From contig JAYWIR010000008.1 in NCBI GenBank assembly GCA_036172245.1, positions 2,790,001-2,854,000 of the forward strand: DNA of 64,000 bases, written 5' to 3'. Shown here piece after piece: positions 1-9,349 of this stretch. This stretch comes from Raillietiella orientalis (Eukaryota). The notes beneath the pieces are model-generated. The model made no database searches, had not been told where the DNA came from, and saw only the letters and a list, made by a program, of their open reading frames with translations. Position 1 is the first letter of the stretch. Each line of letters starts with the position of its first letter. A program made the translations under genes and the position numbers.

Positions 1-1315
1 TCCCACCTGCGTGCCGCCGCCGCCGCCGCCGGGGTAGCGGGAAGAGGGAATGGAGGAGCAGCAGCCACAGCAGCGGCGAGGAAGGAGAAGAGGAGAGGAG
101 CGGCCGCTCAACCCCGATCTCGCTGAGATCATTCCCCCCTCCGGTCCTTGCCTTTCGAGCAGGTTGGCGCGTGCACCACTCCCCTCGGGCAGGGTGAGGG
201 CGTCCGGCCCTCCGGAGCATCCGTGCAGAGCGTCGGCGTCGACCTTGGTCAGGTGGGACGCCAGCAGCCGCGGCGCGCGGCGCAGCAGGTTGCTGCGGAT
301 GCCGTCGAGAAGGAGTCTGTCCGGGGCGGCTAGAGCCCCTCCGGGAAAGGAGGAGGAGGATGAAGAGGAGGAGGAGGAAGGGTCGACGACGGAGCACGGA
401 GGTGGCAGCTCGGGCGCTCCCGCACCCTCTGCGGGAGGTGGGGGGTGGGGGCGGTCGGTGGTGGACTCTGACGACCCAATCCCGGAGTCGCTTCCCGCGG
501 AAGGAGGGGTCGAGGGTTCCTTGCAGGGGGAGGAAGAGGGGGAGGAGGAGAAGGGGGGAGGGGAAGATGATCCCCGCAGGAGCAGCCTGTCCAGGGAGGC
601 GCACCGCCCAGGGGAAGGCAGTACCGCTCGCTCCCTTCTCCAGCTCCCGGTGTGCGCGCCCCCACGCCCGTTTGGACAAGGCAGCGACCCGCGTCCTCTG
701 GGAGGCAGCGCCGGAGGAGCCTGGGCTCCACCTTCCCCCAGGGGGGGGGCGAACTCCGCCAGACCATAGCCGGGCGATGCCCCCCAGGAAGTTCCGTCCA
801 CCGAGTAAAGGTCGTACCGCAGTCGGGAGTCCGCGCAGGCGCTCAGCGGGTGCGAGCGGTTGCGTGGGCGCCCGACCCGCACCCCTTGGGAGACGGCCCG
901 GCCCCCGCCCGCGTAGTGGGTGACGAGGGCGCCGACAGAGCCGAAGCTCTCCCTGCCTCCGCCCAGGGTGTACTCCACGGTCTCGTATACGGTGCCCGGG
1001 TGCCTGGTCACCTGGAAGGAGCGGGAGGGGGCCTGCTGGAGGTAGCATCGCCGTCCTTACCCTGCTGATGACGAAGTGCAGCGCCCGCTGGCTGAAGCGG
1101 CAGGACAGAACGAAGTTCCCCGGCCGGGACGTGCAATCGCGGACCAGGAAATCGCCGTCCTCCAGCAGCTGCTCCTCCGCCCTCTGGCGGGGAATGGTCC
1201 CATGATACCAAGCACAGCTCCGCAGGTCGTCACTCCCGAGGCGCAGCTCCCACCGCAAGATCTCGTCCGCGAGGCGGCAGGCGGCCGCGTCGTCGCCGTC
1301 GCCGTGGTGCTGCCG
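1..1315 (-). CDS. BCAR3: BCAR3/SH2D3C (NSP family) SH2 + Cdc25-homology adaptor, partial (3' end outside window); exons 1315-1061, 1011-152, 6-<1
   Basis: Minus-strand translation gives ELRLGSDDLRSCAWYHGTIPRQRAEEQLLEDGDFLVRDCTSRPGNFVLSCRF..LHFVISR / VTRHPGTVYETVEYTL..ESFGSVGALVTHYAG..RPRNRSHPLS, which matches the NSP-type SH2 domain. A Pro/Ser-rich linker follows, then LASHLTKVD..LTLPEG..RANLLER, the start of the GEF-like domain. Splice phases are consistent: a 49-nt GT-AG intron at 1012-1060 and a GC-AG intron at 7-151. Confidence 0.88.
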
Positions 1316-1529
1316 CTGGCGCACCGGAAGGAGGAGGAGAAACAGATGTTAGCCCCAGGGCAAGAGGAGGAGGAGGAATGGGGAAGGATGGGAGGAGGAG
1401 GAGGAAGAGGGAGGAGAAGGTGATGGAAGAGGAGGGAGAGGGAGGAGTCTTCCCCCGCGCACGAGGGTGCTCGCGCCCCGGCAGTGGGGGCGAGAGAAAC
1501 AGCGAAAAGAGCGGCAAAAGGGAACTCAC

Positions 1530-2116
1530 CATGAAGAGCCGCTGACGACGCGAGCGAGAGCTGGGGATTGGGGACGGAGGGGGGGTGCAGGGAGGGGAGA
1601 CGGACAGACCACTTCGGACGGGGAGGAAGGGAGGGGGGGGGGCGGATGCACTCACGCCTCCTCCGCTACGCCCTCGCTCTCTTCCCTTCCTCTTCCGAGG
1701 AGAAGCCCCGCCTCTTCGGGACTGCGAGACTTCGGGGACGGAGGTTTCTGTTGCCCCGGGCACCTGCGCCACGGCAGGCAGGCCGCGGGGTTTTTGGCGG
1801 CGACGACGGCAGCGCTTCCCCGAGCGAGCAGCTGCTGGTCTCGCGGCGGCCGACTGGTCTGCGCCTCCGGTCTGTTTGCGCAGGCGCCGCGCTGCGGATC
1901 GATCGAGGGGGTTTCAAAAGCGTGCGCTCCGCGCCGCCGCAGCCGCCGGATCTCCTGCTCAGCCTCTTCGACTGCTCCCTCAGAAAGGAGGACCGGGGAG
2001 AGAAGGGGAAGGTCCCGAACTCGCTTGTGGACGGGCAGCGCTCTCTCTTCCGCCGCCGGCTTCAGGATAGCCATCGTGGTGACGAAGAGCCTCAGGAGCT
2101 CCCGCCGGTGTGACAA
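1530..2116 (-). CDS. Probable upstream exons of the BCAR3-like gene (1560-1530 and ~2090-1656)
   Basis: GTGAGT donors at 1529 and 1655 and a CCCCAG acceptor at 1561 give phase-compatible splicing into the SH2 exon. No recognisable domain is present, and the start codon is not determined. Confidence 0.45.
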
Positions 2117-3225
2117 GAGAAGGAGGAGGGTCCCTCGGCGCTCTTCCCACCTTCACCTCTCTTTTGCAGCAGACTCCGAGGATGGATTGACGCGTTACCG
2201 TGCGGCAACCCGGAAAACGCCTCGCTGTCGCTTCGGTGAGGAGCAGGATGATGCATCTCCGGTGCTCAGGGATCTCCTCTCCCATCCCGTCCCATCCCTT
2301 TCACGCGCCATGGAGCCGCTGCTGTTCTTCTCGGTGCCCTTGACGGTCCTCCGACAGGACCCGTGGGCTGCGCCTGGCAACTGCCGCGGGGCAGCAGAGA
2401 GCAGGCTGGAATGATGGCTGCGCCGCGCCTTACCGTGGGCCTTCCTCCTCCTCCTCCTTCCGCCTTCCGCCCCGCCGCCCTCTACTCCTCAGACCCACTG
2501 GCTTGGACGTTCCTGAGAACCGTCTGCCTTCCATCACCCGGAAAGTCCTTCCCCCCACGAGAGACAACGCCTTCCGCCCGCTAGAGGAGACCTCCGTGCC
2601 GCTGCTCGCTCCGGAAACTGTAGATTTCGGGAGGATTGGGCGTCGGGACTCGGTGCCCTGGAGAGAAGGCAACCTTTTGGGGAGGAAGTCCCCAGGGCAG
2701 TCGCATTCACATGCGCTGCGGATGGCCTGGAAGCAGAGGACTCGCGCAATACTCCCGACAAGAAGCAGCACATGGAGAGAGCCCCTGGGGGCGATCAAAA
2801 CCTCCTGAACCTGTCTAACCCCGCCTCCCCCTCCTTCCAGGATCGAAGACTCAAGGACCCAAAGTCCAGTGGGCTTGGCAGCGTCGCTCCAAAGGCCGCC
2901 GCTGACCCAGAAGGCTTCACCATCTCTCGAAGAGGGCGCGCTGACTGGTGTTCGCTTCCCCGAGCGGATTCCGCAGCCTGCAGCGTTCGACCCCTTCCTT
3001 CGGGGTCACCGCCGGCGCGACCCCCGAGCTGCGAGTGTTTCGACTGCCGTCTCGAAAAGCAGCCAAGAAGAGTTTCCGGAGGCGTTCCGGTCTCGCCCCA
3101 GGGCGTCTTCTTCCCTTCTCCCCGGGATCGGGAAGGCAGCAAGCACGACACTCACCGCCTCTGGAAGGGCGGTGCGAACGCGGGACTCGGAGGTCACACG
3201 AGTGTATTGAAGCGGCAGCCCCCGG

Positions 3226-3805
3226 TCAGTGCTCGCTGCTGATGAGGCCGATGACGCAGCACCCCAGCCTCCGGCCGAAATTTCCCACCACGCTGCCCAT
3301 CTGCATCCTCCCCTTCCTGCCCGTGCCAAGGTCGTCCATCAGCGAATGCACCACCAGCGAACGCCCGATGATGCTCGACAGGCGCAGATTCCTGGCGACG
3401 GACACGTTGGCGAACCTCGTGTCGCCGGCGATGATGTTGCCCAGGTGTCCGACTTGGCTCCCGTACTGCTGCGCCGGGCCTCCGAGCCACTTCTGGAAGC
3501 AGCAGCGGTGGATGGCGGGGCCGGCCCTGCCCGAGGAACCCCCCTTACGGGGGGAACCGCGAGGCGGCAACGCCCCTCCTTACGCGGTACGGTCTGTAGT
3601 GCGGCCCCGAGGAGTCGCATCGGTTCCTGAGATCGCCGAACTGGTGCACGTAGAACCCGTGCTTCCCTCGGTCCAGTTCCTCGAGGTGGCCCGATATTAC
3701 GGTCGAGGAGAACTTGGTTCTCTGGCGGAGGGTCAGGACGCCGTGCACCTCCGGGCCTTCCATCGTGCAGACGGCGTGCAGGGGGAAGCGGTACCTGACA
3801 GTCAC
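3226..3805 (-). CDS. Cu/Zn superoxide dismutase-like protein with degenerate metal ligands; exons ~3805-3584 and 3492-3226; 5' end unresolved
   Basis: Spliced translation HAVCTMEGPEVHGVLTLRQ..GKHGFYVHQFGDLRNRCDSSGPHYRPYR/KWLGGP..QVGHLGNI..SIIGRSLVVHSLMDDLG..GNFGRRLGCCVIG aligns end to end with SOD1. There is a 91-nt phase-0 GT-AG intron at 3493-3583 and a TGA stop at 3226-3228. Confidence 0.88.
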
Positions 3806-4660
3806 CTAGGTTTCCAGGGAAACACCTTGAGGACCTCCTGCGGGAAGGAGGAGAAACGCGCGCTCGAAAGGCGCTGTGGCAGCTGACCGCAGCCCGCTGT
3901 CTCGGCCGGTGAATACTCGTCGAGAGCTGCTGCCGCTTCCTGTGACTACTGAACACGCATGATGAGTCTGAGAGGAGGAGGAATTTTCGGCGGTTTCGAT
4001 CCGAGCCACGCGTGCGAGAGTGAACCAAGAGTGCCGCCATCTGGCCACTCTGCACCCGGGTAGGGAGGGGCACCTCCCGACTCGGGTGCAGAGTGATTCC
4101 TTTAGCCGCGCTATAGCACCGTCGTTCTCGTTCCACAACGGCAGCCCCGCGGGACTGTCTGCCCTCAGCGTTCCAGAGCTCTCCCTGCTTTCTGTCTTGT
4201 CCCGCTGCATCTCAATATCTCCAGATTTTTTTTTTCTTGCTATTTTTCCCTCCGCAGTTCCTGGTCTTTCTTCCAGCTGAGCCGGGAAATCGATGCTCTG
4301 CATCTTGACTTTTCCTCAAGCTTCATCTTGGGTTCCTCTTTCACGGCGTGCGGTTTCCTTTATTCATAAACCTGCTGCCCGAATTTCCATGGAGACCGTC
4401 GTTACTTTCATTCCTTCGTGTCGTAAAAAATGAAATGAAAAAAGAGGACACACACACGCACACACACACACATGCAAAGATGCGAAAATAAAGGCAGAGG
4501 TTTTTTACGAGCATGCGCTCTGACATTAGCCTGCGATTCTGCTTGGCTCCACACGGAGATTCCCATGTGTTCCTTCTTCTCTTCTTGTCCTCTGAAATCG
4601 ACTCTGCAAGAGGCCAGTCTCACATGTTCTCCATAAAGAAACAAAAACAAACTGATTGAA

Positions 4661-4745
4661 GCATTGTTGCGCAGATCATTGTTACGCGGAGCATTGTTGC
4701 GCAGATCATTGTTACGCGGAACATTGTTGAGCAGAGCATTGTCAA
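4661..4745. repeat. 15-bp-period tandem repeat (30-bp higher-order unit GCATTGTTGCGCAGATCATTGTTACGCGGA)
   Basis: Directly visible, about 5.5 subunits. It reads (NNxxR/L)n in the minus-strand ORF 4408-4848. Confidence 0.85.
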
Positions 4746-7700
4746 GCCCTGAATTGTTAGGCAGAGCAGTCAGAGATTGCCTGCCACCTTGCCAGCTCAG
4801 ACTAGCTCGGGATCTCCTGCTTTTGGGTTTTCGGGGAGGCGCCTGCATCCCGTGAAGAAGCCGTTTCTAAGATCCTGTCGCTGCTGGCTGCGAGCCACGC
4901 TCGTGAGCAGGTGGGCTGCGGCTCGCCGGAGACCGGAGTTCGCCGCTCTTCTTGCCACGCCGACTCATCGCGTCCTCCTTTATTTTCCCCGTCGACCACC
5001 ACTTCCTCGATTTCTTCACACCAGCGCATTGCACGCATTACACCCTCTTAACCCACTCTACAGTACACTCTAAAAAATTCAAACTCGATATGTGTTGTGC
5101 CGCCCGGGTAAGGCAAACGTACGCAACGTAGCCAGTCGCAATGGGGCTTGGCGCGTGATGCGGAGATGGGTGTTTTTTCCGTCCCTCCCCTTCCGTCGGC
5201 TGGAGTGGGGCAGTCGGGGACTGTCCACATCCAAAAAGGGCGGCTAGAAACAGACTACAGTTACGGAGACGGTGGCCCGGGACACCAGCTCGAGTACTTT
5301 GGGATTCTCGTTGTCCGCTCGTCGTGAGCCGAGGGGAGAGAAACGAAGAACATTAAAGAAAACACGTGATTATATGACGATATCCGTGTCGACACACGTG
5401 CTGCTGCTACACGCTTACTCAAATCGAAATGAAAACGGCAAGCAAAAAAAAAAAAAAAAAAACCAAGATCATCAGAAATGATATTTGCTGCAGATTCTTT
5501 GACTCATGACGGAAAAAGCGATTTCCGCGTGGGGTCGAGAGAGTTCGATCATCCGAGCGATTCGGACTCATACAATGTGCCTCTCGAAGATGGTGCTTGA
5601 CTCTCCTTAAGGTAGGAAAGGTCCTTTCGCCATTGCGCGACGCGCGAAGTGCGGTGGCATGCGTTTCAAGTGACTCCGAAATGTTGAGGGCACATTCTTT
5701 AGTCTTGAGCGATTTCCCGGTGCGACTTTTCCGAAGCTGCGCACGCGCACCCTTCTCACACCAGCGGGTACTGCAGCGCCGACCCGGCAAGTCTCTCCTC
5801 TCTTCCAGGGAGGGAAAGATAGGCTCCCGTTCGAAGTCGGCAAAGATCCTTCGAGAGCATAGCTGACCCGGGACCGTGTCCCGCTGGAAGACTCGAACTG
5901 GCTACATCGATGACTCCTTGCGTCTCTGCCGACGAGGAGCTTCAATCCCTCAACGCTTCCCTCGGGCTATTCGTTCTCTTCGGTGACCCCTCCTGGTTTC
6001 GTCGCTTTCGACGTTGCGATGCCCTTTATTTGTCCACGACCGACACGACGGGCGCTGAGCAGGGGTCAGCGTCACTCGGATGAGCTGTAGGGAAGAACCT
6101 AATCCCAGCGAAGCGGAGGGAGTGTGCAATCGGGGCGTGTTCCGGTAAGACTTGAGGGTCGGAAGAGAGTCCGTCAGTGTTCGCGCACAGCGTCTCCTCC
6201 TGCGTCTCCCTCCGAAAAGTTGATGAACCTTGAGGGGGTTTTCCCGCCGTCTCGCGAAGAATTGCGGAGTTTCCTGCAGCCCTCTTTCCGGCCGCCCGAG
6301 CGCGCAGCTCGGGGCTACGCGTCCGAAAGCGGTTAAATATAATCCACGCGCCCGGAGTATCGCCGTCGTCACGGTGACCTCTCGAAAATGTGACGGTCGC
6401 GCGCCGCGTGGCGTTCGCCACGTTTCGCCATCCCGATGTCGCCGGCCAACGCGTGGTCCGGCGGTCGCGAAGCCTGCCGCAAAAAAAAAGAAAAGAAAAA
6501 GAAAGTGACCGTTCGCTCTTCCTGGTTCCGCGCGCGGCGGCGCAGCCAAGATCGTTCGGGGCAGGGATGGAGGCAGCAGCTTCTTGAGTTTCTCCACGGA
6601 GTGCGCCTGGCCATGCCGCCTCCGCACATCCGGGCGTCCTCGCGTTTCGTTCGCCGCGACCGCACGGATTCGTACGAACGGTTTCCGGACTTGTCGCCAG
6701 CTTTTGACCGCGAAGGTCAAAGAACGCCAAGGATCTCGTCCCCGAGGCCTCGCCATCCACAGAGATCTCGCCATTTCCATCGGGCGTGCCTGGCACCGTC
6801 GCGGTTTTCCGCAACGGGGGGGGGGCAGGTCTTTTCGGGCTTCCTGCCTTCTTCTGGGCAGCCTGACGATTGACACGACTGCCTCCTCCTCATCAGTGGG
6901 CCTGGAGTTGCTTTGGTGATCGTCGACATTTTCGGGCACCTCCTTCCAGTCGTCACGGTGTCATCATCGTGCCGGAGTTCTCCATCTGAGCTGCCGGGTT
7001 CCTGCAGGTGCTTGCAGCGGTCTCTCTTCCTACGGCCTTGATCCTTTGTCTACAACGAATGTTGGAGACTTGATAAGCCGCTCGGAGGTAAGAAAGATGT
7101 CAGCAGCACCTCTTTGAAGATTTCTTCTTCTTCTGATTTTTTTTTTTTTTTTGTCACATTGTCGGGATTCCTATCATCCAAGAAGACTTTTTTTTTTTCT
7201 TTTTCTCTTTGCCTTTTTGTTGCTAGGGGATTTTCTGACTTTCTCGTTTCTTGACGTGGTCATCAACCGCCTGGCAGAGCACGAAACCCAGCCTCCACCA
7301 ATGTCGTTCAAATTTGCAACGCTCAGCACTCGATTCAATCGGGAAAGCGCTGGAGCCAGCGTCGTACGTACAGCTCACCCACGTGCGAAACGCTTGTTTT
7401 CACCTGGTGAAAACAACTGTTTACATACGAAGTGCTGTTTCCATGGGAAACCGGAGGTGTCACGTAAGAGGCAAAGCGTACGTAAACACGGTAACCGAAT
7501 GGATGCATAGGGCGTGGAGAAGACATTGAAACAATTGCTCGCCATTTCGCGACAGCATTAGCAATTCTCAAGTACCCATGGCTGCTGCGACTGAACTTCT
7601 ATAACAAAAAGAAAAGCTGGGAAATTGCTAACTTGTAACCTCAAACTACAGCTTCCATCTATCTGGAGATTGCAAATATTCTTTGAGACGGTTTGAAAGC

Positions 7701-9040
7701 TACTACAAATGAGAAACTGTAGCAACTCCGGCTAATCATGCATAACTGTCGGTAACCAGGCGCCGGAGTCCTTAGAGACGATTTCTACTCACTTTGTTGT
7801 TTAGATAAGAGCTCTTAGAGAAGCATTAAAACTCTTGCATGCTCTGGAAATGTGGCTGTGCGCAGATTGAGCAGCCGTGCGCACGATTATTTGAAAATTA
7901 TTAACGATTTTAGTTATTCCAAGCAACAACTTCGGATGGTGAAAAGGAATCAGAGTAAACGACAGCAAAGCGTCAAGGAGTCATTCTTCAGGGCTTAGAA
8001 GGGTAACACTCCGTGATCTCAGAAATCTCATCCATTCCGGTTGGTTTGTGTTTCAAGTGCCCTATTGGAATTTTCGTAACAAGTGCTGGACAAACTCTGT
8101 AGGTTGTAGAATGCTGTCTTTTAATAAGAACTTTACCGGAGTCTAAAAAAACGTTTCATGATCTGTTCGTTTAATTAAATCTGCAAGAGACGTTTCCTTT
8201 CTAAATGAGACAGGAAGTCTGTTCGAGCCTTCCAAATGGGATTTTAAGAAGGTGCATACTAAGTGTTCGAACTTTCGACTGCGGAATGGACGAAGAAGCA
8301 TCTTGAGGATTGGTTCCGAGAAGCTCGTGCGAAAAGCAATTAGCGACTGACAAACAAGCCATCAGTTTGCTGAATTATCGCCACTCGCAGCACCTGCTAA
8401 TCAGACCAAGATTCTGGACATTGGAAGGTAGCACTGCAAAGGTACACCGGCACTTTTTGACGCGCCGGATGACATGTGTACTTGCGTTAAAGACAGACGG
8501 AGACCTGCAGGATGCTAGGCGGATCCCGGAGAAGGGAAGATTTTGCTTGGAATGCACAAGAAAAAGGGCGACTGAAAGATGCGTTTCCTAATTTACGGTG
8601 CCATTGGCCATTATTTCTACCCCGTTTCCATTCGAGTCCCGTGTCGTGGTATCCACGAAACTCCACCCAAAGATCCACAATAGACCCGAACAGAAAATGA
8701 AGCAGAGTTGAGACTACCTCTTTAAATGATACGGGACGACAGTTTGGATTCTTTCCCTGCTTCTTCTTCCCACTGATTTCTCAATCGCTTTTGCTTCCTG
8801 ATCTCTGAGAACTAGCGCTCCCGATTGCCCGTTCACGGGTACACTCCATTGTCCAGCCACGAGCTGCTTTGCTTCCGATAAAAGCTGAGCATAGTGGGAA
8901 TTCTGAAAGCTCTTGCCCAGCAAGCATCCCAGATGTCCCGTTTGGGTAAGCGTCTAGGAACATCTGAACCAAATCAAAGAAATTCCACTCCATGGAAACC
9001 GAGCGACAAATCAACAGGATCGAGCACACACGTGCTCGAT

Positions 9041-9349
9041 CATTCGGCATTGTTGCTCGGTAATTATAGTCACATGTAATCATTCGGCATTGTTGCTCGG
9101 TAATTATAGTCACATGTAATCATTCGGCATTGTTGCTCGGTAATTATAGTCACATGTAATCATTCGGCATTGTTGCTCGGTAATTATAGTCACATGTAAT
9201 CATTCGGCATTGTTGCTCGGTAATTATAGTCACATGTAATCATTCGGCATTGTTGCTCGGTAATTATAGTCACGTGTAATCATCCGGAATTGTTGCTCGG
9301 TAATTACAGTCACGTGTAATCATTCGGCATTGTTGCTCAACAATTACAG
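9041..9349. repeat. 40-bp minisatellite, ~7.7 copies (CATTCGGCATTGTTGCTCGGTAATTATAGTCACATGTAAT)
   Basis: Units start at 9041, 9081, 9121, 9161, 9201, 9241, 9281 and 9321. The first five are identical and the later ones diverge. There are no spacers. Confidence 0.97.

Noticed and set aside
50..1423. Plus-strand ORFs (50-769, 360-923, 652-1068, 1076-1423) as genes
   Set aside because: They are antisense shadows of the GC-rich BCAR3-like exons.
5419..7130. Long GC-rich minus-strand ORFs (5950-6939, 6026-6814) as a defined gene
   Set aside because: No recognisable domain or consistent splice model was found. Long ORFs are expected at this GC content. It may still be a fast-evolving gene.
9041..9349. 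CRISPR array
   Set aside because: The units are contiguous with no unique spacers, there are no cas genes, and the context is eukaryotic.
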